Source of the DNA: Malacoraja senta
Taxonomy: Eukaryota
Reading direction: 5' to 3'
DNA: 64,000 bases
NCBI GenBank assembly: GCA_038087875.1
Contig: CM075987.1
Span: 24,306,001-24,370,000 of the forward strand
Part shown: positions 36,741-50,164 of the stretch, piece after piece
Position numbering within the stretch: position 1 is the first letter of the stretch
Layout: each line of letters opens with the position of its first letter
Made by a program: the position numbers and the translations under genes
The notes under the pieces: model-generated
Databases searched by the model: none
Told to the model about the DNA's origin: nothing
Seen by the model: the letters and a program-made list of their open reading frames with translations, nothing else

Positions 36741-38149
36741 CACCAGTTCACATGATATCACATTATATCACTTACATCAAGTGGGAAACTTAAGACATGG
36801 CAATAGGATTAACAAATATTAAGTGTACACCTTTCATCTTTAAACACTAGCTAATGACCCTAGGTATTGTTCTTAACTAGTCTGAGATCTGAAGAATGTG
36901 TGAATTGATAGGGTCTTAACAGCTGGTCTTAAGGCCAATGCATTACACAGCAAACATGTTGATGACAGAAGGAAAGGATATTTACATTAAATTTAGGAAT
37001 ATCACCCGTTGTCTTTTGAAGGGGTGAAATTGTCCAGTTGATCTGTTAAGGACTTGCATCTTTCTGCATCTGTCAAAAATATCAGACAGGGTTTTGCAGA
37101 AACAGATCTATTATCAAGATAGCAATCTTCAATGGTACGCTTGCAAAAACAGGCAGTGAAATTAATGACCAGCTAAAGAATGCTCATGCTGTTTAAAATG
37201 AGAGTGGAGTGTTACCTCAAAGTCTTTTGACTGAATAATGGGTTCTCAAACATCTGGAACCAGCCTTTGTACAGCTGTTCCACATCGCAACAAGAGGGTA
37301 GAGTTGCTGCCTTAACGCGACAGCGACCCGGGTTCGATCTAACTGGGGGTGCTGTCTGTACGGAAGTAGCACCTTCTCCCCGTGACTGCGTGGGTTTCCT
37401 CGGGGTGTTCCGGCCTCCCCCCCACACTCCAAAGACGTACAGGTTTGTAAGTTGACATAAAAAGCTGGAGTAACTCAGCGAGTCAGGCAGCATCTCTGGA
37501 GAAAAGGAATAGGTGACGTTTCGGGTCTGGACCCTTCTTCAGAATGAGAATCAGGGGAAAGGGAAAGGTTAGATCTAGATGAACAGATGAATGAAAGATA
37601 TGCAAAAAGGTAGCGAGTCTGGGTCAAAACGGGGTTGGAGAGTCGGCAAGCAGGAGGAATCACATTTGGGGATCTATCTCTCCCTCCTAACCTAATGCAT
37701 ACTTCCTTCTAAGTCTCGCTTGAAGAGCTCACAGCTGCTGCTCTCCATTTCTAATCCTCACGTGGATTCATGACCCCGGCTCTTTGCAGCTTGTAATAAA
37801 GATGAATCTGCTATCGTATCTGACACCTGCCCACACACACAGGTAGGAACATGCCAGCTTGAACCTTTAACCAAACCCTTTCCCCCTAGTATTTAAAATA
37901 ATATAAATCACTCTTACTCTTCATTTGAACAGTGGTATCAAGTGAGTTTGGAGCAAAGAAAAAAAAATGCCAGACCTTAAGTTTAGTACAGGTAGACAAA
38001 AATGCTGGAGAAACTCAGCGGGTGAGGCAGCATCTATGGAGCGAAGGAATAGGTGATGTTTCGGGTCTCGACCTGAGTTTCTCCAGCATTTTTGTTCACC
38101 TTAGATTTTTCCAGCATCTGCAGTTCCTTCTTAAGCATTAAGTTTAGTA

Positions 38150-38725
38150 CAGTATAGTTTAGAGATACAGCACGGAAACAGGCCCTTCGGCCCACCGAGT
38201 CCGCGCCGACCAGCGATCCCCGCACACTAACCTACACGCACCAGGGAACAATTTACCATTTTACCGAAGCCAATTAACCTACAAACCTGTACGTCTTTGG
38301 AGTGTGGGAGGAAACCGGAGCACCCGGAGGAAACCCGTGCAGAGAGACAATAGACAATGGACAATAGGTGCAGGAGTAGGTCATTCGGCCCTTCGAGCCA
38401 GCACCGCCATTCAATGTGATCATGGCTGATCATCCCCAAGCAGTACCCCGTTCCTGCCTTCTCCCCATATCCCCTGACTCCGCTATTTTTAAGAGCCCTA
38501 TCTAGCTCTCTCTTGAAAGCATCCAGAGAACCTGCCTCCAGAGAATTCCACAGACTCACCGCTCTCTGTGAGAAAAGGTGTTTCCTCGTCTCCGTTCTAA
38601 ATGGGGAGATAAACGGGAGAACAGGGAGAACGTACCAACTCCGCACAGGCAAGCACCCCCCGTGGTCAGGATCCAACCCAGGCACCGCAAAAGCAGCAAC
38701 TCTACCGCTGCGCCACCGTGCTGCC
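38150..38725 (-). mobile_element. HE1-type SINE interrupted by a CR1 3' fragment
   Basis: SINE halves flank a CR1 tail at about 38346-38605. Confidence 0.8.
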
Positions 38726-40313
38726 CTTTAGGTTAACATCAACCCAAATGTGGAAGACCTCGAGGCAAAGCCTTCATTAAATGGACTTGTTCTTCCCCAG
38801 TGTTATGTTTACAACAAGATTCATGAAGTTTGACTGGGGGTAGCCGAGCCACAGTCCCTCTCTGGCCTCACTGAAAAATACTGATTTTATTATATTCTTG
38901 GCCGTGCCGTGCAGACTGCCATTTCAACGTTGTATGCTCAGGACCAGAGGAGCACTTGTAACATTACGCGTTACTTCAGAAGAACCCAAGTAAATAACTT
39001 GCTTGTGCAAGCAACCTGGAGACGTTACAAAAAAAAAAAAACCCTTGGTGTGGGGGTGAGAGGAAGGAATAAAACTCGACCGGCCCTCACAACCCACAAG
39101 TTCATTTGTACGCTCGCTGTAGGTAAGAAAAGACAGACCCAGACTCCAGCCACAACTGATTAGATACCACCTTCATCTTAGTTTAATTCCCTTCCTGTTC
39201 CACTGTTTCACTGACTGTAATCTCCCAGTCATTTCTTTCTTTTTTTGGGGGGGTTGAAATTTTAATGCTAGCCAGAAGTAAAAGCAGAACAATCTGAGAC
39301 AAGGTCCCCTGTGAGTTGGGGCCACAGTGAAAGGTTAGTGGGCCTAACCAACATCAGAGCCTTTTGAACTCTTTGGACTGAAGCAGAGCTTATGAGCTCA
39401 GAGTATTGGATTCCTTACAGAAGGAAAGCAGTCTTTAAGGGGCCATACTTTAAAATATGCCAGAAAAATATGGAACATACCAATTCTCAATGGGGGTCAG
39501 ACCATGCAGGCTAAAGAAAGATCACGAGTACCGCAACGCAGTGAAAAAAAAACACTTAATTATTCATTTCGAAAAGAAAATCGTCCAGCTACTCTGTAAA
39601 TCTTTGTTTGATAGTACGAGGTTTTTTCTTTTCACAGCTCTCGGTCTTTTTGGGTTGGCAATCTTGGCCGACATTTCACACCAGTTTTACGAAACTGAGC
39701 AAAAAGAGAAAAATGCAAGAGTTAACCTGCTCCCACCCTCGACTCAGGACATAAGCTTTGCCAGAGATCAGAATGGAGGCCCAGTCAGATTTTAAAGGTA
39801 GACTATACATCTTCCGAAGGCTCCAAGCAAATGCCCCCCAGGGAAGAAATTTTGTTACGAACTGGCAATGAAATTATTTTCCTTTAAGTCAGGGTTGCCA
39901 TCTGCAGATTTGCAGCCACTACCTGGTCCTTGCCGCAATAAATAACATGCCACGCGTTTAGTGTTGATCAATTTTTAAATGAATCTTCTTTTCTCTAATT
40001 GCACAAAGGGCAAAAATGATGAAATTCCAGTCAGTTGTGAGGGTCAGATATGAAATGAAATTTGAGGTGAATGCATTCAGTTGACAGGAAAGATAACCAC
40101 GCTGAACATGGTCATTTATCATTGGTCTCTGAAGCTCTGCCTAAATTTTAACATCGGCCAGCATTTTCTGTAACTATTTCTGAATCGCAACCTTTAAAAA
40201 AAAATAACATCACCTCCAACTTATATGGGAAGATGTTTAAATTTCACTATTTATAAGCAGATAGTTCAAACGCCATTGAGATAATTTTTCATTCTTATGT
40301 GCCTTAACCTGTC

Positions 40314-40627
40314 GGGCGGCATGGTGGTGCAGCGGTAGAGTTGTTGCCTTACAGCGCCAGAGACCTGGGTTCGATCCTGACTGCGGGTGCTGCCTGTATG
40401 GAGTTTGCATGTTCTCCCCTTGAACTGCTTGGATTTTCCCCGGGTGCTCTGCTCTCCTCCCACACTCCAAAGACGTAAAGGTTTGTAGGTTAATTGGCTT
40501 GGTAAAATTGTAAACTGTCCATAGTGTGTGTAGAGTCGTGTTAGTGTGCGGGGATCGCTGGTCGGCACGGTCTCGGTGGGCCGAAGGGCCTGTTTCCGCG
40601 CTGTATCTCTAAACTAAATTAAAACTA
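40314..40627 (+). mobile_element. HE1-type SINE
   Basis: Full-length family match. Confidence 0.9.
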
Positions 40628-42344
40628 ATCTGATTAGACCCTTGAAGGAAATACTATTCGGGCCGTTTTTCTTTCTTGTTTACCATTTCATCTGTGGAAT
40701 TCCTTCAGCCTGCAGCCTGGCCAAATGTGCCACCAGTTGACTGGTGTTTAAATTCTAACATAAAGCACCATGTCACGACTGCTAAGTTGATCACTTGAGA
40801 TTTGTGCACATTAATGAGAAAGTTGACTCAAAAATCGCATGTGGTTCATGTGAGCTCAAGCGGTCAACTCCGATAAAATGTGCGGAGTGCCCTGGTCTAG
40901 TGAAGTAATGAGGATTCCTTCAGTCAACCTGCACAGGATCAAATACTACAAATGAACTTTCACACCTTTCACTTCACTGGATTCCTATTCATACTTTCAT
41001 GCAGTTCATACGAGGAGAAATGAGGTGAATTAAGGGGAAATGGCTCCGCAAAGTTATGAAAGCTGGCACTGTGAGCAATCCAACCTAACATTGTGAAACT
41101 CCTGTTCAACAGCTTCACTGACTTTTCACGTAAAACAAAACTTATCAGTCTGAAGAAGGGTCTCGACCCGAAATATCACCCCATTCCTTCTCTCCAGAGA
41201 TGCTGCCTGTCCCGCTGAGTTACTCCAACATTTTGTGTCTATCTTCGGTTTAAACCAGAATCTGCAGTTCCTTCCTACAAGTATTACCTGTTGGGAGGTT
41301 CAATCATTGACAGACTTTGAAGTGATGTCTGTGTACCAAGTGAACTGATTAGTTTAGTTTAGATTTGCAGCGTGGAAACAGGCCCTTCGGCCCACCGTGT
41401 CCGCACCGACCAGCGATCCCCGCACATTAACACTACCCTGCACACACTAGGATAATTCTACATGCATACCAAGCCTAATCGAAGATCTCGGAGAAAGCCC
41501 ACGCAGGTCACGGGGAGAACGTACAAACTCCGTACAGACAGCACTCGTAGTCAGGATCGACCCTGGGTGCCTGGCGCAGTAAGGCCACAACTCTACCGCT
41601 ACGCCACCATGCCGCCCATTAACGTATAGAAAAATGTGCAGTGCTGTTAAAACGAATCCCAAGAGATGCTGTGTGAAAAACAGCTATTCACTGTTATTCA
41701 GCACTAACTGCAATGGCGGTACAATGTCCCTTTAATCCATTAACTTTAATTCTGCTGTTGCGTAATACACTGTTAAACATTGCTTCAGAGCCAATGCTTA
41801 AAACATCAACCACACTATCCTGTGTGGGAAGGAATTACAGATGAGCAAACTCAGCAGACCCAGCTGCCCCAGGTTTAATACATACCTCCTTCTAATACTC
41901 ACTTTTACAGCTCACTTCTTTAAGAGCTCACCCCGCACACAAAACACTATCCTGCACACTGGGGACAATTTACAATTTTACCGAAGTCAATCAACCTACA
42001 AATCTTCACATCTTTGGAGTGTGGGAGGAAAGCGGAGTACCTGGAGGAAACCCACGCAGTCACGGGGAAAACATATAAACTCAGCGATTCAATGATTCAA
42101 CGATACTTTATTATCACAACGGAGAGATATTTCTTATTTCCCTTTCCCCTGACTCTCCAGTCTGAAATAGGGTCTCGGCCCATAACCTCACCTGTGCCTT
42201 TTCTCCAGAGATGCTGTCTGACCCGCTGAATTACCCCAGCTTTTTGTGTCTAATGGTTTAAACAAGCATCTGCAGTTCCTTCCTACATACTTTATTCTCA
42301 CCTGTACCCAGGTACAGTGCAATGCCTTGTTTTGCATACAAACG

Positions 42345-42665
42345 GGTAGTCACGGTGGCACAGCGGTAGAGTTGCTGCCGTACAGCGAATGAAGCGCCGG
42401 AGACCCGGGTTCGATGCCGACCACGGGTGCCGTCCGTCCGAAGTTTGTACGTTCTCCCCGTGACCTGCCTGAGTTTTCTCCGAGATCTTCGGTTTCCCCC
42501 CACTTTCCAAAGACGTACAGGATTGTAGGTTAATTGGCTTGGTGTAAATGTAAATTGTCCCTAGTGTGTGTAGGATAGTGTTAATGTGCGGGGATCGCTG
42601 GTCGGTGCGGACTTGGTGGGCTGAAGGGCCTGTTTCCGCGCAGTATCTCTAAACCAAACTAAACT
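42345..42665 (+). mobile_element. HE1-type SINE
   Basis: Full-length family match. Confidence 0.85.
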
Positions 42666-43357
42666 ATAGCACGGTATAAATCAGAGAAACAAGTTAAAAT
42701 GGCAATATAATAATTATTGGACCCTACAATCTGCATTATCTGCCAAATAAAATACTCAGAAATGAGGATAGAGTTCCTTACAAAAACACTGCAAAACACC
42801 TGACATGTTTATCCAGAAAGCCATCTTTTACACACTCAATAAAATTATCTTTCACACTATGAGGTACTTTTCTTGGCAGTCGGCAACACAACTAACTGGA
42901 GAGCTGGCTCTTTTTATTTGAATGTTGCACGGTTTTCATGAGGTTGAGGACCTTTCGGGAAACGTGGTTGCAATGTGATATATTTTAGTTTAGTTTAGAG
43001 ATACAGCGCGGAAGCAGGCCCTTCAGCCCACCGACCTCGCACCGACCAGCGACCCCCGCACATTAACACCACCCTACACACACTAGGGACAATTGTTGCA
43101 TTTAACGCCAAGCCAATTAACCTACAAACCTGTACGCCTTGTGGGAGGAAACAAACTCCGTACAGACAGCACCCGTAGTCAGGATCGAACCCGGTCTCTG
43201 GCGCTGTCAGGCGGCAGCGTTGCTCCTAAGCCACCGTGCCACACGTTTCCTTGTATAAAAATTTAAGGTTATTTACTTCAATTTGAATTCAATATTATCT
43301 CTTTATCCTTATCTGTGCACCATGGTCAGCTTGATGGTGTTCATGTATGGCCTTTAC

Positions 43358-44015
43358 TTTAGTTTAGTTTATTGTCACGTGAACCGAGGTTCAGTGAAAA
43401 GCTTTTGTTGCGTGCTAACCAGTCAGCGGAAAGACAATACATGATTACAATCGAACTCTTTACAGTACAAATGCATGATAAGGGAATAACGTTCAGTGCG
43501 AGGTAAAGCCAGTAAAGTCAATAGACAATAGACGGTAGACAAAATTGCTGGAGAAACTCAGCGGGTGCGGCAGCATCTATGGAGCGAAGGAAATAGGCAA
43601 CGTTTCGGCCCGAAACGTTGCCTATTTCCTTCGCTCCATAGATGCTGCCGCACCTGCTGAGTTTCTCCAGCAATTTTGTCTACCTTCGATTTTCCAGCGT
43701 CTGCAGTTCCTTCTTGAACATGGACAATGGACAATAGGTGCAGGAGTAGGCCATTCGCCCCTTCGAGCCAGCATCGCCATTCAATGTGATCATGGCTGAT
43801 CATCCCCAATCAGTCCGATCAAAGATAGTCCCAGGGTCAGCAATGAGGTAGATAGAAGTTCAGGACCGTTCTCTAGTCGTGGTAGGATGATTCAGTTGCC
43901 CGATAACAACCGGGAAGAAACAGTTCCTGAATCTGGAGGTGTGCGCTTTCACATCATACTTCTATTGTCGTGCCTTATGAGAGAGTGGAGAAGAGGGAGT
44001 GGCTAGGGTGCGAAT
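43358..44015 (-). mobile_element. Rex1/Babar-like 3' fragment with nested CR1 tail and PLE fold-back
   Basis: Family 3' UTR split at about 43520-43812. Confidence 0.7.
43534..43720 (+). mobile_element. PLE fold-back insertion
   Basis: Near-perfect hairpin of about 75 bp centred near 43608, plus a 3' tail. Confidence 0.85.
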
Positions 44016-45140
44016 CTATAGGACGAACAAAAGCTCTTCACTGCACCTTGGTACTGGTGACCATAATAAACTTAACCAAGCTTCATGTCCATCGAAATTA
44101 ATATGGATAAAAAAGCCAACAAGCCAGTTTAAGGTGTAAGTTTTTATGGTGGATTGGGAAACTATATTAAGCTTTGGTCGACAGACAAAGGCATTCGGGT
44201 AAATTAATTGGCCTTTCCATGTTGCCCCCTGATGAAGATCAGTGGCAGGACAATCTGAAACGTTTTTAATTGTAGGTTAGAGATACAGCATGGTAACAGG
44301 CCCTTCGGCCCACTGAGTCCACGCCAACCATCGATCACCCGTTCACCAATGAGGTAGATAGTAGTTCAGGACTGCTCTCTAATTGCGGTAGGATGATTCA
44401 GTTGCCTGATAAACCTTTTTCCTCCATTCCCCAGTTTAGTTTAGTTTAGTTTATTGTCACGTGTACCGAGGTACATTGAAAAAGCTTTTGTTGTGTGTTA
44501 TCCAGTCAGCCCTGCACACTGAGGGCAATTTACAGAGGCCAATTAACCTACAAACCCGAACGTTTTGGGGATGTGGGAGGAAACCCTCGGGGTCACAGGG
44601 AGAACGTGCAAACTCCACAGAATCAGCACCTGAGGCCGGAATCGAACTCGGGTCTCTGGCGCTGTGAGGCAGCAGCTCCACTAGCTATGCAGCTGGCAAA
44701 GCAGCTGCCTCACAGCGCCAGGGAATTATTACCTGGTTTACAGCAAATAGGCAAATACATATTTCTCTTTGAAGCATAAAACTCAGAAGGAGAAACAGTC
44801 CATCAATGGTTGAGACTGTATTAATTCATTGGAAAAGTCTTACAACATTGCCAAAAAAAGCATTAAGTTTGTGGAATGAGAGAAAAGAAAATTGGAGTTC
44901 ATCAAAGCCGGAGCAAGAAATCGATAAGAAAAGGGAAAATGGAATGTAATAATCTATCAAGAAACATTTTTTAAAAAGCCTGTGGAAGCATCGATACATA
45001 TGTAAAAAGGAAAGGGTTAGCGAAAGTCAATCTGGATTCATCTTAAATTTAAGTTTGCACTTTGATGTTTCATGAAGAGAATACCCCCCTTCCCTTCCAA
45101 TGGGTGACAAAATATCTCTACCGACAACCAGATGCTCTTT

Positions 45141-45560
45141 CATAGAAACGTAAAAAAACAGGTGCAGGAGTAGGCCATTCTGCCTTTCGAGCCATTCAAT
45201 ATGATCATGGCTGATCATCCAAAATCAGTACCCCGTTCCTGCTTTTTCCCCATATCCCTTGATTCCTTTAGCCCTAAGAGCTATATCTAACTCTCTCTTG
45301 AAAACATCCAGTGAATTGGCCTCCACTGCCTTCTGTGACAGAGAATTCCACAGATTCACAACTCTCTGGGTGAAAAGGTTTTTCCTCATCTCAGTCCTAA
45401 ATGGCCTGCCCCTTATTCTTAAACTGTGACCCCTGGTTCTGGACTCCCCCAACATCGGGAACATTTTCCCTGCATCTAGCCTGTCTAATCCTTTAAGAAT
45501 TGTATATGTTTCCGTAAGATTCCCTCTCATCCTTCTAAATTCCAGTGAATACAAGCCCAG
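45141..45560 (-). mobile_element. CR1 LINE 3' fragment
   Basis: YSLEFRRMRGNL..TRGHSLRIRG..FTQRVVNLWNSL. Confidence 0.85.
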
Positions 45561-45874
45561 TCAGTCGACCCATTCTTTCATTCTCCTATTCCAAACAGTT
45601 AATAAATCTATACCTTTTTTAAAACAACCTTTACCCCTTTAATTGTGAACACTTTGGCTGGCAAATGTTACATTGCCAACTGTGTGAAAAAAAAGTGCAG
45701 GAAGGAACTGCAGATGCGGGTTTATACCGAAGATAGACACAGAATGCTGGAGTAACTCAGCGGGTCAGGCGGCATCTCTGGAGAAAAAGGATGGGTGACG
45801 TTTTCGGGTCTGGGCCTTTCTTCAGAATCCCGAACCCAAACCCGAACTGTCATCAATTCTTCTTGAGTCTTTTT

Positions 45875-46191
45875 GGCGGCACAGTGGCCCAGCGGTAGAG
45901 CTACCACCTTACAGTGCCAGAGACCCGGGTTGGACACTGACTACGGGTGCTGTCTGTATGGATTTCAGTACGTTCTCCCCATGACCTGCGCGGGTTTCCT
46001 TTGAGATCTTTGGTTTCCTCCCACACACCAAAGACACACAGGTTTCTAGGTTAATTGGCTTGGTATAAATGTAAATTGTCTCTAGTGTGTGTAGGATAGT
46101 GTTAATATGCGGGGTTCGCTGGTCGGAGTGGACTCGGTGAGCCAACGGGCCTGCATCCGCGCTGTATCTCTAAACTAAACTAAAATAAACT
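45875..46191 (+). mobile_element. HE1-type SINE
   Basis: Full-length family match. Confidence 0.85.
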
Positions 46192-46641
46192 ACAAAGATG
46201 ACTAATTGAACATTGTGTGCATCCCAGACCTTTCATATCGAGATCCCCATGACTTAAGCACCTTTATTCCAAGGGCTAGACAAATAATTAAATAAACTCT
46301 AGGGGACTGGGAGGAGAAAATTGAGATTCACTGATCTCTGGGACATATATATCCATTTTCTAACCTATGTTTTTGCTCGTGAGGCACTGTTGCATTCTAT
46401 TGATCTTGGAAAAACATAGGGTGGAACGCAGGCTAGAGGTCAATGTGGGCCAAACTAATTGAGATCTCTGCCGTTAAACATAACTTAATGGATAAGTGCA
46501 GTAGAAAGATCTGTTGAATGTAAATAGCTCTAAGATCCAATTATATGAAGAAGTATTTTAGTGCATGATCCTGCTGATGCCAGTTTTTGAGAACATAACG
46601 TTTGTTGTTCTGAGCCACCCTTTTAGTTGACCCACTTGAAA

Positions 46642-47174
46642 TGTGTAGGAAGGAACCGCAGATGCTGGTTTTACACCGAAGATAAACACGAAATGCCGGG
46701 GTAACTCAGCGGGTCAGGCAGCATCTCTGGAGAGAAGGAAAGGGTGACGTTTTGGGTGGAGACCCTTCTTCAGACTGAGAGTCAGGGGAGAGAGACACAG
46801 AGATAGGGAAGGGTAAGGGGTGAAAATGAGATGTCAAAGGGATGGAGATGAAGGAAGATGTAAAATAGATGATTGTTAGCTCGGGGAAGGTGATGATGCA
46901 TGCGGAGATAAAACCCAATCAGGAGGACAGTCAGACTGGTTGGAGAATTAGGAAGGGAGAGAGATGGAGAGAGGGGGGAAAGCAAGGGTTACTTGAAGTT
47001 AGAGAAGTCAATGTTCATACCACTGGGGTGTAAGCAGCCCAAGCGAAATATGGGATGCTGTTCCTCCAATGTGTGTGTGGCCACACTCTGACAATGGAGG
47101 AGGCCCAGGGCAGAAAGGCCAGTGTGGGAATGGGAGGGGGAGTTAAAGTGTTTAGCAACCGGAAGATCGGGTAG
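46642..47174 (-). mobile_element. Penelope-like retroelement 3' fragment (GIY-YIG C-terminus, 3' UTR, hammerhead-bearing terminal repeat)
   Basis: 46989-47174 (-) reads LPDLPVAKHFNSPSHS...EEQHPIFRLGCLHPSGMNIDFSNFK*, typical of the PLE endonuclease end. It continues into a degenerate hammerhead core (46746-46773) and the common tail. Confidence 0.85.
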
Positions 47175-47604
47175 GTTTAGAGCGGAGGATATGGATCAGC
47201 ATCCGCTTCAAGATACTGAACGCTAAACTGCAGCGAGAGCACACACACACACACAGTAAGTGCTCGTTCGTGAACTTAATGGTTGAAAACTCTTCGCTCT
47301 GACGTCTTGTTTTTCCAATCCACATCGGTAAATACGAACATCCTTTCCAAGCTAAACAGCTAACTGCAGAGGATTTGGATGGTGTATGCATAAAGGGGAA
47401 ATGTCTGGCACTGTGTTCCTGGCAGAAAGCCCATCCCACTGGCAGGACACATCAGAATTCATGCGCCCATGGCCCATGGTTTTCCGACCACTCATTTTAA
47501 ACAGGAGCAGCAAATTACTCTTAGAACTTATTGATACCCATCAGTATTTAAAATTCACACGAAAAGTCCAACTGATCTTAGAATTCTTAGAATAAAGGGG
47601 GGGG

Positions 47605-47885
47605 GGGGGGCCATTTTAAGACTGAGGTGAGAAAAAACGTTTTCACCCAGAGAGTTGTGAATTTGTGGAATTCCCGGCCACAGAGGGCAGTGGAGGCCAA
47701 ATCACTGGATGGATTTAAGAGAGAGTTAGATAGAGCTCTAGGGGCTGGTGGAATCAAGGGATATGGGGAGAAGGCAGGCACGGGTTATTGATTGGGGACG
47801 ATCAGCCATGATCGCAATGAATGGCGGTGCTGGCTCGAAAGGCCGAATGGCCTCCTTCTGCACCTATTTTCTATGTTTCTATGAT
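47605..47885 (+). mobile_element. CR1 LINE 3' fragment
   Basis: Nearly identical to 53068-53345 in reverse orientation. Confidence 0.8.
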
Positions 47886-48018
47886 CAGAAAAGTGCACAA
47901 TATGTATCCATTGAAGGCATTTCCTAGAGATCGTACTCGCAGATAAATACTGGAACCAAAATATTACTGATTTTCCTGAACAAATAGATATCGGTAGAAA
48001 ATATATTGCAAGCTAAAT

Positions 48019-48310
48019 GGACGGCACGGTGACGCAGAGGTTGCGTTGCTGTCTTACAGCGCCAGAGGCCCGGGTTCGATCCTGACTACACGTGTTTGTC
48101 TCCCCGTGACCGCATGGGATTTCTTCAGGTGCTCCTGCTTCCTCCAACACTCCAAAGACGTACAGGTTCGCAGGTTAATTGGCTTGGTTTCAATGTAAAT
48201 TGCCCCTAGTGTGTGTAGGATAGTGTTAGTGTGCGGGGATCGGTGGTCGGTGCGGACTCGGTGGGCCGAAGGGCCTGTTTCCGTGCTGTATCTCTAAACT
48301 AAACTAAACT
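48019..48310 (+). mobile_element. HE1-type SINE
   Basis: Family match with a small internal deletion. Confidence 0.85.
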
Positions 48311-48321
48311 ATACTGAAGAA

Positions 48322-48560
48322 GTCTGAAGAAGGGTTTCGGCCCGAAACGTTACCTATTTCCTTCGCTCCATAGATGCTGCTGCACCCGCTGAGTTTCTCC
48401 AGCATTTTTGTGTACCTTAAACTAAACTATTAGCTGTTTAAGAAGGAACTGCAGATGCTGGAAAATCGAAGGTAGACAAAAATGCTGGAGAAACTCAGCG
48501 GGTGAGGCAGCATCTAGATGCTGCCTCACCCGCTGAGTTTCTCCAGCATTTTTGTCTACC
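48322..48560. mobile_element. Two adjacent short PLE insertions; intact hammerhead core at 48324-48351
   Basis: CTGAAGA-A-GGGT-TTCG-GCCC-GAAA-CG-TT, followed by a fold-back copy. Confidence 0.75.
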
Positions 48561-49451
48561 CTAAACTATTTGCTGCAAGCGTTACTGACCCTAAAGCCAT
48601 CTGTTTTGGGTGGAATCTACCCTCACCGTTCCAAAAATGGGAAAGGAGTTCATGAGCATAGAACATAGTTCAACTCATCAACAGGCCCTTCAGTCTACAA
48701 TATCTGTGCCAAAATGATGCCAACTTCAGCTAATCTCATCTGCCTGCAGATGATCCATGTTCCTCAATAAGTATCCACGTGCCTATCTAAAAGCCTCTTA
48801 AACACCACTATCGTATTTACCTCCACCACCACCACCACCCCTGGCAGCGCGTTCCAGGCATCCATCACCTGCCCACGCATCGCTTTTAGTCACTTGGGTC
48901 AGAAAAAGTTTGATTCGATTTTTCAATTTTTTTTCTCCAGATCAGGATGTTGCACTTAATATGTTATGCTGATTAGTTTAATTTAGTTTAAATTAGTTCA
49001 GAGATACAGGAAACAGGCCCTTTGGCCCAGACACTAGTTCTATCCTGCTCATTAGCGACAATTTACCCTACAAACCTGCACAGCTTTGTGGGAGGAAGCC
49101 AGAGCACCCGGAGGAAACCCACGCGGTCATGGGGAAAACGTACAAACTCCCGTACGGACAGCACATCGTAGTCAGGATCGAACCTGGGTCTCTGGCGCTG
49201 TAAGGCAGCAACCCTACCGCTGCGCCAGCGTGACGCCTGCTCAATTGCATCACAAACCAAAGGACTTTGTACTCTTCCAAAATCTGCACTGAGCCTTTTT
49301 CATTGCTTCTCCCGTTTCTGTAACCAGGTCCGTTGATTGCCCTTCTGGGTGCTTTAGTTTGAAGACGTCGTGAAGGCTTTGAACAGGAAAGGCACGAACT
49401 TGCACTCAAGAGTGGATCTGTCTCACCAAACGAAACAAAAGCTCTTAGTTT

Positions 49452-49532
49452 AATGCCTTTCACGACCCGGTGACATCCCAAAGCACTTCCCAGACAAGGA
49501 GTTCCTCTGGAAGTGCAGTCACGCCATATAAC
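49452..49532 (-). mobile_element. Possible ancient Deu-domain (AmnSINE/SacSINE-like) remnant
   Basis: GCCTTTCACGACC..GACATCCCAAAGCACTT..GAAGTGCAGTCAC resembles my recollection of that consensus. Confidence 0.35.
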
Positions 49533-49897
49533 AGTCTTGTGCACCGTGTAGTAGACACTCCGTCAGTAATGAAGGGAAACACAGCGTACCATTGGGACCT
49601 GCCCACCATATCATCCATGACAATCCTCCCCAGTTTTATGTTTTGATTGAGTGAAGGTGGAGGCGAACGCAACCAGGCAGTGCCTGATAATGGGGTAAAG
49701 ATGTGTTACCGAGGCCAACCTGCCATCAGATTTACCATTCACGGGCAAAAACGCCCCCGCACCTGAATAAATGATGAGGCAAAGTGACACGGTGTTGGCA
49801 GGTGGACGTGTCATTTGGTCATTGTGTGATCTAACCTGCTCCTCCAGCGCCTCTCAGTTCGACAGGCATCTAATGCACTCTCTTTGCCTTTTTGCAG

Positions 49898-50011
49898 GTC
49901 GTACCTTTCCCCATGTCTTGCGAACTTCACGGAGAGTGCGCCTGCCGGGACCCGGCCGCCCAGGAGCACAGCAAAGCGAGGCAGCAACGCTACTTCCACG
50001 GGCACCATTAG
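49898..50011 (+). CDS. PAPPA: Pappalysin-1 (PAPP-A), last coding exon (VVPFPMSCELHGECACRDPAAQEHSKARQQRYFHGHH*)
   Basis: Branch-like CTAAT (49870), polypyrimidine tract and TTTGCAG acceptor ending at 49897; phase-0 frame ends at TAG 50009-50011. The peptide matches my recollection of the human PAPP-A C-terminus (VTPFPMSCDLQGDCACRDPQAQEHSRKDLRGYSHG) much better than PAPP-A2. Confidence 0.92.
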   Translation, partial: VVPFPMSCELHGECACRDPAAQEHSKARQQRYFHGHH

Positions 50012-50112
50012 TCGGGAGGAGCCGGGGAGAACTACGCACAGCGGAAGGCGGACTGGGAGAGCGACACACATTTCTTGCTGCTTAACGGAGGAACACCTCT
50101 GAACAGATGATA

Positions 50113-50162
<50 letters not shown>
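50113..50162. repeat. (CT)n(CA)n microsatellite just after the PAPPA stop
   Basis: Direct reading. Confidence 0.95.

Positions 50163-50164
<2 letters not shown>

Noticed and set aside
39457..39795. 112-aa ORF in non-repeat DNA
   Set aside because: No recognisable similarity or supporting splice structure.
44350..44370. let-7-like TGAGGTAGATAG
   Set aside because: Part of the multi-copy Rex1/Babar 3' UTR; no precursor hairpin.
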